A stretch of DNA of 61,802 nucleotides, filler included, from Catajapyx aquilonaris (taxonomy: Eukaryota), in NCBI GenBank assembly GCA_000934665.2. It is 2 parts of 2 records of this genome, joined end to end, with 100 filler letters (N's around TTAATTAATTAA, not from the genome) between each part and the next. Parts side by side here need not be neighbours in the genome. Positions count along the whole stretch, not along the records: positions 30,977 to 61,802 come from KZ539182.1; 1 more part is not named here. One strand, given 5' to 3'. How positions within the stretch are numbered: the first letter of the stretch is position 1; the number at the start of each line of letters is the position of its first letter. Under the pieces are notes generated by a model that saw only the letters and a list, made by a program, of their open reading frames with translations, made no database searches and had not been told where the DNA came from. Of this stretch, positions 42,715 to 54,977 are shown piece by piece. The position numbers were made by a program, and so were the translations under genes.

Positions 42715-44664
42715 ATGGGTATGCGTACAATTATGAAGATTCATATTAGTACTTGGCTAGTATTTCTCGCATTCAGAGTGACATCTGCCAGCGTTTCTAT
42801 GACAGACCAGACGGTGAACGGACATGTCGAGTCTCAGTTCGTGTGGAGAGCATTCAACAATGAGAGAGTTGTGGAGCTGGAATGTCCTTTGGTGGTGAGT
42901 CACGACGTGGGAAAATCTCTTCCTGCAAGTGTCCAGACGCTTCTGGCCAACATGTCCAGAGTGGGGAGACCAGTGGTCATCTCCAGATCAGAATCAAAAA
43001 GCACCTGGACCTGCGATGACTCAGTAGATGAAGGAGAAGTATATGGGGGGATGGATGTGGAATCTGCATCGAAGCAAGCCAAGTGCTCAGTACACCTGGT
43101 CATAACGTGTGCAGACAACTACGAGGATGTCATGGAGGCGCATTTGGATCCAGATGTGGCCCTGATAGGGGCAAAAACCACTCGCGACCCCTTCGTCTTT
43201 TGGATCAGGGATTGGGATGGCAACGAATTCCTGGCTGAAAAACCTGCATCCAACATCAAGTTGAAGGTGTCCCTCACTGCTGGAGATGACAATAGTATTC
43301 AGGTCAATTCAGTATGCCTTTTCTGCGATGGACCTACCTTCGACCATGTCATGTTCAATGTGACCACAAATGTTACATTGGACAAATATCTGTTTCGAAA
43401 CACAGCAAACGATCTGGGTGGTGTGAAACTTGAAGGATTGTATCTCCGTGAAATGGACGACACTATGTGCGATCCATATTTTCATTTCGCTGACATTTGT
43501 TTTATTGCCGAAGCCCTGAACTTCAAGTGGCATGTCAGCATCATCGACGTAGCTCAACTTATTAAAAATATGAGCCACGCTGCTCTGGTGTTGGAAGATT
43601 ACAGGCAAGGGAAACTCTCATTTTCGCCAATAAGTCCGTTGGTAGAGATTGTATACTCCTTATTTCACGTCGCACCCAAACACCTTCCGTTTCGTGTGTC
43701 TTTTCTCGCCAGGACCCCACGAGATTTGCAAACTCCGCTAATAATAGTGTATCCCTATGACACGTTATGTTGGTGTGCGTTTGCCATCGGCTTTTTTCTG
43801 TCTGGCTTGTTCCTTTGTACCTTCGCAAAGTTGCAGTTTAAAGTGATAGGATCACAGTCTCCTTTTCGCTCAGCATTGTATACCTCGAAATATCTTGCAC
43901 GCCATATCATTGCACAAATCTCCAACGACCTTTCTCGCGAGTTGTCGTCTTCAAGGGCATTTGTATCGATGTGGATATTTTTTGTACTAATTATAATGAC
44001 CGGATACGTGAGCAAGCTATATAGCTTCATAGCTTTCCCTCCGACGGAGGAGGTCCCAGCCAATATCCAGGAACTGGAGGATTCCAAGTTTGATATATAC
44101 ATAGAGGAATATATTTATGAAAACCTTATGCAGGATGTGACCTGGCGACAGCATTACAAACCACTGATCAAAAAATTAATTCAAGTACACGCGATATCTG
44201 GTTGTGTTCCTAACTTTATGCTCTATGACAGAGTCTGCCTGGGAGTTGACTTTATGTTGCAGAACATATCTCACGACATCGACGTGTACGGCAGGGGCAA
44301 CACGTTCATATCCACCGACAGTTTCGCCTCACTGAACTACGCTGCTCTTCTTGCCAAAGGCAAAGTCTACCAGGACGACTTCGATTACTGGATGGAAATA
44401 TATCACAGCTCGGGTCTTGAGACGATGAAAACCCCATTTATAAATCACCTGCATATGCTGCAGAAGTTTAGGAAGAGGCGAGAGGATGGCGTAGCTCTAG
44501 TGGAGGAAGGCACTGTGGCCATCACTTTGGAAAGCGTCGGGGGGCCTTTCTGGATTCTAGTCTTTGGTAGCGCAGCTTCTCTCGCTGCTTTTGTCAAAGA
44601 AACTCTAGTTCAAAATTTACTGTCTCGCTACACCAACAGCCTGCATTATCCGTATTTAAATTGA
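42715..44664 (+). CDS. Divergent ionotropic receptor (IR, iGluR-related chemoreceptor), intronless
   Basis: Signal-peptide-like N-terminus. TM-like segments IVYPYDTLCWCAF, SRAFVSMWIFFVLIIMTGYVSKLYSFIAFP..EVPANIQEL and ITLESVGGPFWILVFG..SLAAFVKE match the IR architecture. Confidence 0.8.
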   Translation: MGMRTIMKIHISTWLVFLAFRVTSASVSMTDQTVNGHVESQFVWRAFNNERVVELECPLVVSHDVGKSLPASVQTLLANMSRVGRPVVISRSESKSTWTCDDSVDEGEVYGGMDVESASKQAKCSVHLVITCADNYEDVMEAHLDPDVALIGAKTTRDPFVFWIRDWDGNEFLAEKPASNIKLKVSLTAGDDNSIQVNSVCLFCDGPTFDHVMFNVTTNVTLDKYLFRNTANDLGGVKLEGLYLREMDDTMCDPYFHFADICFIAEALNFKWHVSIIDVAQLIKNMSHAALVLEDYRQGKLSFSPISPLVEIVYSLFHVAPKHLPFRVSFLARTPRDLQTPLIIVYPYDTLCWCAFAIGFFLSGLFLCTFAKLQFKVIGSQSPFRSALYTSKYLARHIIAQISNDLSRELSSSRAFVSMWIFFVLIIMTGYVSKLYSFIAFPPTEEVPANIQELEDSKFDIYIEEYIYENLMQDVTWRQHYKPLIKKLIQVHAISGCVPNFMLYDRVCLGVDFMLQNISHDIDVYGRGNTFISTDSFASLNYAALLAKGKVYQDDFDYWMEIYHSSGLETMKTPFINHLHMLQKFRKRREDGVALVEEGTVAITLESVGGPFWILVFGSAASLAAFVKETLVQNLLSRYTNSLHYPYLN

Positions 44665-45033
44665 GCTATTCAATAGGAATATGTAATATAGTCTGACAAA
44701 AGAATGTTTCAAACTCACCCTCGCCCTACTGAATTATCCAAACTATTAATACATATAAATAAATTAGGGAGTCCCGGGATCGAACCCAACCCGGGGTTTT
44801 CCACTTCATCTCGTGCAGAGTTGGGCCATGTCTGTCTTTGTCTCGGGTGGAAATTTCCGCTTGACTAATCCACCCGGGGGAGTTCACAAAATGACCAAGA
44901 AACGACATTGCACTTGTACTTTGCACATCCCCTCCTACCTACCCTTGGAACAATTGAATAATATAAATATGATATGGTTCCAAAAAATTGTGGTATTCCA
45001 CCCACTTTGCCTACGGCCATTGCACGGTGCACC

Positions 45034-45125
<92 letters not shown>
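45034..45125. repeat. (AAT)n microsatellite / SINE tail
   Basis: Seen directly. Confidence 0.9.
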
Positions 45126-48100
45126 TATCAATAAATAAGTGCAGTATACTGTATAGTGTCTACATATTCAATGGGACGAACAACTACAGGGATAGCTGCT
45201 CAGGTAAGAAGATTAGTGATCTATTATGCACCATGACATCATTGCGGAATGCAATGAGTTTGGAGTTTTCTAAATCTAGGGTTCAATTAGCATTAGGCGT
45301 GAAAATACCCACCAATATTATGTTCTAAGAGCTGAGTAATTGGTGTGATACAGAAAATATAAACACTTCATAGTTGATGGTAAATAACTAGTTCGACGTA
45401 CGTTTTTTCGAAACACTTATTCTTTTTGATAGTATGTTAATGTACAGTAAGATGTTTTCCAACGATCGACCTATCTCTATGCTTCAATCGGGGATGAAAA
45501 ATAAACTAAACAAAAATAACAACTTTGGCCGAAATTTCCCCGATAATTACAAAGACCCCAATACTTGGAATTCTCTCTATGTACGTAGTATATGAATGCC
45601 ACTGCCTTGATTGATTGTTAGAGTCAACAATGGCGAATTCGAAAGCGTCATGCAAAAATAATGAGACAACAAGACTGTGCCTAATGAAGCTCATACAATC
45701 ATCGCAATATTGAGCGGAGATGATAAGAGATACAATTTAATTTATTTTGCCAAAATCATATTACTATGCTACTGTATTATATGCTCATGTGAACTCTGAA
45801 GTTATCCCTGCAACGTCTACATTCATTATGCACGTTTAACATGAATGTTGGACTGACATAATTATTTTGGGGGCCGGAATTTTAGCCGTAATGATATAGT
45901 TGGAAAATTTCTATTTCTTATTTACATGTCAGGTACCGCCAAATGAGGTGAACTGGGCCGCGGCGCCGGCGGGTTGAACTTGACCACCATTCCTGAAGTG
46001 TCATTAATGATTATTGCTTCCTTATTTTTTATTTTACTTACCCAATGGGGTAAGTAAAAATCAAAATCAAAATCATGAATGACATTTTTGGATGATTGTG
46101 TGGCCAAGCAAGTTCACCTCGGCCGGCCACCTTTAACCAATTTGACGTTATGTTGCCGTTGGAAGCAACAATCAGTGCCAGATTCACTTGTGGTGATTAT
46201 TATTATTTTCCAGTAAACGGGTGTGCCTATAGATTCCAAAAGTTTAAAAAAACCCCAAGCCGTTTATAAATTCTTGTTTCGCCATAAGTAATATTGATTG
46301 TCATTTTCTCACATTAAAAAAATAGTCATTCTCACAATTATTACCTCTCTGTACTTGGGTTGCCTAACGGTTGGGACAGGGTTGGGATTTGCGCTGTGGG
46401 GATCCCTGAATGGCACAGTGATGCGATTTTCTCGAGGATTTTCTCCGTGCTGATATCAAAATCCTGAAAATGCACTAAATATTTTGTCTTGGAATGTCGT
46501 AAGGAAGTGTAAGATCACCTGATATACGGAAATGGAGACCATTATTATGATTTGGCCCAGTGTGATGGAATTCGATAACCGTTCGAGAAGTATCCCAATA
46601 AATAATATATTCTCATAAAAACACAAGTCGTGAAGGAACTATACGATTATATTGGCACAATCCATGTAACTTGATTATTGTTGTATGCACTCATATTTGA
46701 ATAATAAATATCACATAAAACTTATCAAGCCGCAGGTCAACGCCGCGCCGTACCTCCGGAGGTACGTACCTGCATTCTGTATTGTGTTTACTGTTGTACT
46801 TGTATCATTACATAAATAAGCGCAATAAATATTGTTATTGACCAACGTTGCGTCTTGCTTCATTATTTCATGTTAAATTAGTTGAAATGAACTACAGGGT
46901 AGATGGGGAGGATCCCTAATTATGTAGCAGCAAGAATTAGCTCTTGATAGCAGTCAAAACATTTTGAGCACTTCTGCTGAACACACGAAACTATTTAGCC
47001 CAGGCATTTTAGGGTTTGACCCGGTAAAAAATAATGTTAATCTTAAAATTGGAGGAAATGTTCTGTGATGTCTGCTGAACAACATAGTAAAAGTCCTATA
47101 AGGGCTCCTATACCGGCGTTATGTTTTTTTGTCGGCGCAAGAAGTAGCCTACATAAGTGACACTCGCCGTGGGATTGGCTATAAAAGCAAAACTATCCCT
47201 CCTGTGATGACTTTGGTGATGACCTTGGGTCATGACCTGTTGAATAGTTTGCCCATGGTAATCCGTATTAACCCTGCAATAAATATTTAGTTCCTTTCTT
47301 TTGCCTAGGTATTGCCTTGCTCCTGCTGACGTAAGGTATTGTGTGCAGCATGAGAGAGAGTGGAATACCCTTGTATCTACTGTGGCGGGTCCACGTGCTG
47401 TCGAGTAGGCCTAACTACTCTTTTTTGCTTCTCTCTGTGTCGCTCAATAGCCAATAGGAATTAGTTAAGTATGTACGTAGTTGATGCGGTCACCAGTGGC
47501 CAACCAGGTTAATTGTAGGGGAGACTGGGGCACAGTGGACCACGGGGCACAGTGGACCTTTCCATTTTTAAAAATCGAAAAAGCCGCCAATTTTTTTTCA
47601 TCTGGTACCTCGTGAAACAAGTCACTGCCATGCTCCTGCCAACATGGCTGGCAACGGCTAGCGATCGATCGATCAATAGATATCCAGCGAAATCGATTTG
47701 AAGATAAGTGAAGTAAATTACTAACCCACAGTATAAATGCCACTTCAGGCGTAGATGTTGGGCATGAGCCTGATATAAAAATCTTGTGGAATAGTGCCGC
47801 CCTTTGCCCATGAATTACCGCAAGTTTGGTAAGCCTAACTTGCAATCGAAGTTACAATCATAGCATTATGTCAGTTGCTGCTGTCCGGGGCACAGTGGTC
47901 CAGTCGTTTGCGGGGTACAGTGGTCCATGTACAGCTGTGCCCCGCAATGCACACTGTGTCCCGAAATGAACAGCTGTAAAAAAATGTGAGACAATGATTT
48001 TTAAAATGTGAATTAGGTAGAAAAAGGGCAAAACTGTGATGTTGACACATCCTCAAATTCAACAGCTGTAAAAAAATGTTAGGCAATGATAATAAACTTC

Positions 48101-48301
48101 TTGTGTGAATTAGGGGTCCCAATCACTTCCGGACCACTGTGCCCCACCTATCGGGGTACAGTGGACCATTTGCAGGGGGTCGCTTCTAAATTTTTTAAAG
48201 CCAAAAGGATGGCACTGCCTGTGAATATAGTAGTGACTTATATTACCAAGGAGTATCTCCACCATGCAAGGTCACATCCTGCATAACGATTTCATAAAGG
48301 C

Positions 48302-48852
48302 TTTATGAAAACGTTATGCAGGATGTGACCTTGCGACAGCATTACAAACCACTGATAAAAAAATTAATTCAAGTACACGCTTCATCTGGTTGTGCTCCTA
48401 ACTTTATGCTCTATGACAGAGTCTGCCTGGGAGCTGACTATATCTTGCAGAACATATCTCACGACATCGACGTGTACGGCCGGGACAACACATTCATATC
48501 CACCGACAGTTTCGCCTCACTGCACTACGCTGCTCTTCTTGCCAAAGGCAAAGTCTACCAGGACAACTTCGATTACTGGATGGGAATATATCACAGCTCG
48601 GGTCTTGAGACGAAGAAAACCCCATTTATAAATCACCTGCATATGATGCAGAAGTTTAGGAAGAGGCGAGAGGATGGCGTAGCTCTAGTGGAGGAAGGCA
48701 CTGTGGCCATCACTTTGGAAATCGTCGGGGGTGCTTTCTGGACTCTAGTCTTTGGTAGCGCAGCTTCTCTCGCTGCTTTTGTCAAAGAAACTTTAGTTCA
48801 AAATTTACTGTCTCGCTACACCAACAGCCTGCCTTATCCGTATTTAAATTGA
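48302..48852 (+). pseudogene. 3' fragment of a third ionotropic receptor copy
   Basis: Near-identical to 44115-44664; homology extends into the 3' flank to about 48937. The 5' part is replaced by transposon-like DNA with GGGGCACAGTGGACC repeats (about 47515-48170). Confidence 0.85.
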
Positions 48853-49215
48853 GCTATTCAATCGGAATATGTAACACAGTCTGACAAAAGAATGTTTCAA
48901 ACGAACCCTGACCCTATTGATTTATCAAAACTCTTAACCAGCCCCTGGACACTTCTATCCAAGCGCAATAGAAAAGGCCGATCCGTTATTCCTTCCCGCA
49001 GCGGCGCTAGTAAAAACAATAGAATCTCGCTGTGCGTGTCGTTCATTCGCCATAACAACTAGCGCAACTAGCGACCCTCCTTCCGATTACTAGGTTTATC
49101 CTTAGGGTTTATCAGCGACCCCCCTCCCGATTACTACCGATAGCTGACCGATAGCGTATACCAAGATGGCCGCAATATGGAGATGTTCACATCATGGCCA
49201 CCTCCAGTCAGCGCC

Positions 49216-50183
49216 AGTAGTATGAAAAATCGGAGTCCCATGCCAGGAGGGTGGTAAGATCTTTGAGGGGTATGCAACCCGCAATACATGTCAGGTCCTT
49301 GAAGGGTATGCACCCCGCAATACATGTGCAGATCCCCCAGGGGTATGCAACCATGCGATGGGTTGCGGGTTGCCTACCCCTCAAAGATCTGACCACCCTC
49401 CTGGCATGGGACTCCGTTTTTGGTCACCCTGATATAGTAGACCGGAGTCCTATGCCAGCAGGGTTACCACCATTGTTGTGAAGCAGTGTTGCCAATAGAT
49501 GCTAATAACGGCTATTAAAAATAGCATATAGCGGATAGCAGTCTTAATAGCTATTTTCTTAATAGCTATTTTGAGTGCATCCGAATGGCTAATAGCTATT
49601 TCGGGTGCGTTCGGATGGCTGTGCAAGGGGGTATGATTAAAAGCTATTTTGAGTGTATCCGAATGGCTAATAGCTATTTCGGGTGCATTCGGGTGGCTGT
49701 GCAAGGTTACTCCAGATTAATATTATTGTATAGTTAGAGTCTACAGCTTTATTTTGAACATTGTTGCCAGATGTAAATATTCTGATTTTACGTTCGAGTC
49801 CACAGCTTTATTTTGAGCATTGTTGCCAGATGTAAATATTCTGATTTTTAGTTATAATAGCTATTTTGAACATGTTTTACATAAGATGAATTCGGGCAGA
49901 TAAGGTAAGTACGTGTTGGGTTGCCAGATTTAATGTTAGGTTAATAACATCGTAATTAAACAATATATTGGCCTCCTCCAGTGCCAGGGGCTCATCACGG
50001 ATCGAGAGGTAGTAATCCCACACATGTACAGCGCACAGAGGAATATTGCTGAGTATGCTTGCATGCCATGGCAAGCAAGAGAGCTGGACTCTGACCGGGA
50101 AGGATGGCCGCCAGTTGTTTATGCTTTTTTTAATGCATTGGTGGCAGAGGGCGAAATAATAGAATAATGTTATAAGGCTTGTG
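49216..50183 (+). repeat. Left terminal inverted repeat of the Maverick
   Basis: Matches 61319-61802 in reverse complement; contains repeated AATAGCTATT palindromes and a subterminal hairpin. Confidence 0.8.
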
Positions 50184-50825
50184 ACCAGCGCCTTATTATA
50201 AAGGTTGCGGAAGGCTGTAAGCACATAATATTATGAATTACTAGAGTGGAAATGATGGTGTCATATAATCCATTAGGTATTGGTATTTTATGAATGTTGC
50301 GGAAGGCTAAATTTTTTTAAATGCATTGGTGGCAGACGGCGAAATAATAGAATAATGTTATAAGGCTTGTGACCAGCGCCTTATTATAAAGGTTGCGGAA
50401 GGCTGTAAGCACATCATATTATGAATTACTAGAGTGGAAATGATGGTTTCATATATTCCATTAGGTATGGGTATTTTATGAATGTTGCGGAAGGCTATAA
50501 AAATAATACTGTAGTTGAGGTTTAAAAATTCATTTATTACATCACGGCATAATCAGCTTTGCTCGATGAGACTGTGTACGTCACTGAAGCAGGCAAAAAA
50601 AAAGTCTAGTCGCGTCTAGATAATATCCGGTTTCTTTTTTCTTTCTCTTGCTTATTCAGTGTAAGCTAATGTGTGCCAACTTACAAGGTAAAGATAATAA
50701 TGGGAAGTCATTTATTATTCGGTTTTTTTAAATAATATAGATGGCTATAGAAGCATGTAAAATAATAGTTTTTTAAAAATAATATAAATTCATGAACATA
50801 ACACCTTCTCAATTACCATCTCATC

Positions 50826-50878
<53 letters not shown>

Positions 50879-51289
50879 GCTAAGGCTTGCTTTTATGCCA
50901 ACGCCTTATTATGAAGGTTGCGGAAGGCTGTAAAATAATACTGTAAATAATATTAATAATAACAATATCAAGAACAATAATAAAAAATTATTTTTATTCG
51001 TTCATAAGAAAGGAATAATGCGGCCTTTGTTCGAATAGCTACAACATCATCAAAGAGAAGGAGCCAGCTTGAGCATTTTGCGCGCAAGCAGGCTGCAGCA
51101 AAGTCCAACCACGTCTAGCCAATATCCTGTTTATTTTAAACCTCATTTTTCCAGGAAACAAAATAGGTTCTTTATTTTGAATGATGCGGAAGACTATAAA
51201 GATGAACGACGGGTAATAATAATGACAATATAAAGGAAACTCTTATCAAATTATAATGTTATTCCAATCTAACATTGATAGAAGACAGA

Positions 51290-52723
51290 ATGAGTAACAA
51301 TTCCTCATCCTCATCACATCGAAAGTGGATTACTTTTGACTCATTAAAGAACGAAACTACTCGCTTGCACACCTTTAAGCGATGGCCTGTATCGTTTCTG
51401 ACGCCTGAAGAGTTGGCCAGTGCAGGGTTTTTCTTCCTACAGAAGAAAGATTATGTCGAATGTGCTTTTTGTCGCGGCGTTGTTGGAGAGTGGCAAGAAG
51501 GGGATAAAGCAATCACAGAGCATAAAAAACACTTTGGATGGTGTCCATTTGTGAATGAACTACCTGTGGGAAACACCATGAGAGGTGAGGAGGAAGAGGA
51601 GGAGGAGGAGGAGGAACTAGAACTAAATGTATCACATCTTGGAAGGGGGTATGACACCTGCCAACGTGTTGTTACTGAAAGAAGACCAAATTCTGCACCT
51701 GAGCGAGGTGAGTAATGAGTCATGCTCATGTCGAAGAATATTCATTAAGTTACTTTCTCTTCACAGCAAAAAGCATGAATGGGAACATAAAATTGAGGGA
51801 AGGAGCCCACATTAAGTCCCTTGGACTGATTCGCATAGGGCATCAAGGTCCTCGCTTTCCAGAATTCATCGCTCTAGAAGTCAGATTGTCATCGTTCAAG
51901 GAATGGCCTTCAGAGATGAAACAAACCCCAGAGGAAACGGCATCTGCTGGATTTTATTATACAGGGCTATCAGATCATGTTAAGTGTTTCTCATGTTCCG
52001 GAGGTTTACGTAATTTTGACGAAGATGATGACCCATGGAAGGAACATGCGTACTGGTTCTTCCGTTGCGCATACGTGACACACGTCAAGGGAATATAGTA
52101 TATAAAATCAGTCCGACTGTCCGAGGCGAAGCAGGAATACAGAATATTGTGAAAAAACCCATAACGCTAGAAAGGTGTATGCAATCAGCTATGGTGAGGA
52201 GGGTTATGGAGATGGGATTTGAGGGTCGGTTGACTCGGCAAGTTATTCAAAAGCGCTTAGAAGAACGAGGAAGAATGTTTGGAAGCTTGGACAGTTTAGC
52301 TGAAGCATTGATGGATGAAGAGGACCGGTTAGAGAGAGAGTCAATGGGATCTCATGAGGTTAATGGCATTACGTAGGTGTCTACTTATTCATCACCACTC
52401 TTTATCGGATTTTTTTCCTGTAACTATATGATTTTTTTTACAGGCTTCAGAATGCTATGTCCACCTGTCCTCCTCCTCCTACAAAATTGGATCCACTAGA
52501 GCCACCCTCTTACAATGAGCATGTCGAGAGTATATGTCCCATCGAAAGCAATGACTTCATTGCAAAAAACATCCTCAACGCTTGCAACGTGTGCTTCAAT
52601 GAGGAGATGAATATAGCAATAATGCCATGTGGTCATATTTGTGGGGAGCGATGCTCATCATTGTTATCTACATGCCACATATGTCGCGCTCGCATTGAAG
52701 CAACCTTCAACATCTACATGTAG
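51290..52723 (+). pseudogene. iap: Inhibitor of apoptosis (BIR-BIR-UBA-RING), 3 exons, with premature stop and frameshift
   Basis: BIR1 RLHTFKRWP...CAFC...EHKKHFGWCPFV, BIR2 RLSSFKEWP...CFSC...EHAYWFFRCAYV, UBA-like VMEMGF, RING CNVC...PCGH...CHICR. Introns 51708-51766 and 52373-52443 keep phase. TAG at 52096-52098 and a frame change precede the UBA. Confidence 0.88.
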
Positions 52724-52857
52724 TCTGAGTCCCTATAACGAAACATCATGCGACTCAACCATCGTCAATGTCGGTCCGTCAATAGTGAACGTCGACTCGA
52801 CGAACATCATGTCGTTCATTGAGATTGACCAATTGACTATGATGTTATTTCACTCAT

Positions 52858-53255
52858 TAAAAGTCGTTTAAAATAACATCATGGTCGTAAGGTCGACGTA
52901 ACGTTCGACATTGACGTGGGGACGAACGACATGTCGCTCGATGGCTCGTGTAGACCGATCGTCATGTCGATGATTTAACGTTAAATTATCGTTAAAAGTC
53001 GTTAAAAATAACGTCCTGGTTGTATGATTTCGTTAAAATAAGGTCCTGGTCGTAAGGTCGACGTAACGTTCGACATTGACGTAGGGACGAACGACATGTC
53101 GCTCGATGGTTCGTGAAGGCCGTTCGTCATGACGACGATGTAACGTTAAATTATCGTTAAAGTCGTTTAAAATAACATCATGGTCGTATGGTCGACGCAA
53201 CGTTTGTCATTGACGTGGGGATGAACGGCATGTCGCTCGATGGCTCGTGAAGGTT
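52858..53255. repeat. CpG-rich tandem array, three copies (165 and 134 bp spacing)
   Basis: GGTCGTAAGGTCGACGTAACGTTCGACATTGACGT-like units at 52883, 53048 and 53182. Confidence 0.9.
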
Positions 53256-53407
53256 GATGGTCTACAAATTTTATACCTGAAATTTATGTACCTTAGGGAA
53301 ATAAAACTTTAAGTGAAACATTTTATTTCATTTCTAGTCATTTTATTTTTTACATGTCCCGAAGCATTGATGGTTCAACTAATATTCATTATACTGATAC
53401 GTTGAGA

Positions 53408-54061
53408 TTAGAGCGTCTCCTTATCAAAGCATTTCCTATATTTTCCATGGCGGGTACGGGTTTTATCAATGGTGAGAAACCCAAATGGTTTATGCCAACT
53501 TTTCAAGCACATTCTTTTAAATTCATCAAAACTGTCTAAGTCATTCGTACAATGATCCCGAAATATCATATTTAAATTACGATCACACTGAGGGAAAGCA
53601 ATAATCAAATTAGCATTATCTCTGATTAAGGCTGCAGGTATTTTGTTATATGTTTGAGCTAAATATACACAGTTTATATTTTTGTGACGTCCATGTGTGA
53701 ATATATCTTGAATTATGCGTTGCTTGTGAAGCATTACATCATCAAAAATAACAAGATGCGACATGCATGGGTCCAGCTCTCCTAACACACTTTCGTCTTG
53801 AGTAAAAATCAATCGGCTCTCTTCTCCGACTCTTGCAAAGGCCTCTCGCAGTTTTCGGTACATGGACTGATCAGCTGTAGAAGTAAAAATGATTAAACTA
53901 TCATAATCGATGTAACCAGGAATCAGGATTAAGTTGACGATCAAATTGGTTTTCCCACAGTTGCTAGGACCAACAATAATGCCTCGAATACTTTGAGGCA
54001 ATATTTTATGGTGCTTTTGCGTTTTCTGTTTGACAACGCCCATCATATTAAAGACTTCCAT
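53408..54061 (-). CDS. A32/FtsK-like DNA packaging ATPase
   Basis: Walker A GPSNCGKT, Walker B LVIFDD, and GRHKNINCVYLAQ...IP...IRDN. Confidence 0.92.
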   Translation of the reverse strand: MEVFNMMGVVKQKTQKHHKILPQSIRGIIVGPSNCGKTNLIVNLILIPGYIDYDSLIIFTSTADQSMYRKLREAFARVGEESRLIFTQDESVLGELDPCMSHLVIFDDVMLHKQRIIQDIFTHGRHKNINCVYLAQTYNKIPAALIRDNANLIIAFPQCDRNLNMIFRDHCTNDLDSFDEFKRMCLKSWHKPFGFLTIDKTRTRHGKYRKCFDKETL

Positions 54062-54098
54062 TCGAAAAAAATGCTGTTATGTGAACCGATGCTGACCT

Positions 54099-54916
54099 TT
54101 ATATATCTTCGTTCATATTTTCATCCCAGGAAAACCCCTGCGGATGCCAATTAGGATCATCATCATCAGGTGCCATCCACTTTCCTTTGGGAGTTTCTGC
54201 TGTTGGATCGAAGACAATCTCCCCTTCCTCCTCTTCTTCCAGGATAGGTGTTACTGACTCTCCTACAGGATCTGTTACCGTATCCATATGTTTATTTCCC
54301 GGAACGAACCATTCGAAAGAGTCCGGAGTGCCAACCTCATCGTCTGTTTCATAACATTCCTCAGCATCGGAAGTCACTTTCTTTGCATTAATCCAGTTGC
54401 TAATCATCATGACTTTTTTCATGCTACACTCATGATGGAGATAGCATTGCATCAAGGCATCAGAATAGTATTCCTTTAGAGAAATATAGTTAGGACATCC
54501 TAGAGTTTCCAGATTAACAACTTCACGCTGCAAGTAACTGGAAAACATATGACATTGTTCTGCACCTGAAATGAACGATAAAAAATGACATATATACGGT
54601 ATTTCATATTTTCATATATCTCACCTTTGGCGTAAATAGTTTTATAGTTCATTGTAGCGGCCGTTAGACACTTGCAAGTGTATTTATGGGGTATGCATCC
54701 AGCGGAGAAAGGAATACCGGTCAAATAATTCCTTATGTATAAATTTTCATCCATAATATTACTAGGCCAATGCTCCTTAGGCGAGTGAAACAGGAAGTGA
54801 TTCAATTCTGGAGTCTCAGCTCCATTCGCAACTGCTAGTGTTGTCACTTCCTTCGGAAATAGATGTCCCTCAGCATCCTTGTAGCAATTGGAAGCGATTA
54901 TTACACCTGGCTCCAT
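54099..54916 (-). CDS. Polinton DEDD-exonuclease-like protein, 2 exons
   Basis: A GT-AG intron at 54624-54566 joins TIYAKG-AEQCHMFSSYLQREVVNLETLGCP in frame. Motifs FPKE, HFLF and NLETLGCP; the expected first acidic motif appears absent. Confidence 0.65.
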
Positions 54917-54977
54917 TCTGTCGAGTGAGAAATAAATCGGAAAATTCGCGACTTTATATAAATGCAATTTACACACC

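Noticed and set aside
44813..45328. Poly-Asn protein ORF
   Set aside because: Translation of a SINE and an (AAT)n microsatellite.
49216..51289. Degraded pPolB in the left non-coding arm of the Maverick
   Set aside because: The region consists of TIR, direct repeats and a (GA)n tract; no polymerase motifs were seen by eye. A tblastn search would be decisive.
52858..53255. CRISPR-like array
   Set aside because: The units are repeated throughout with no unique spacers, there are no cas genes, and the context is eukaryotic.
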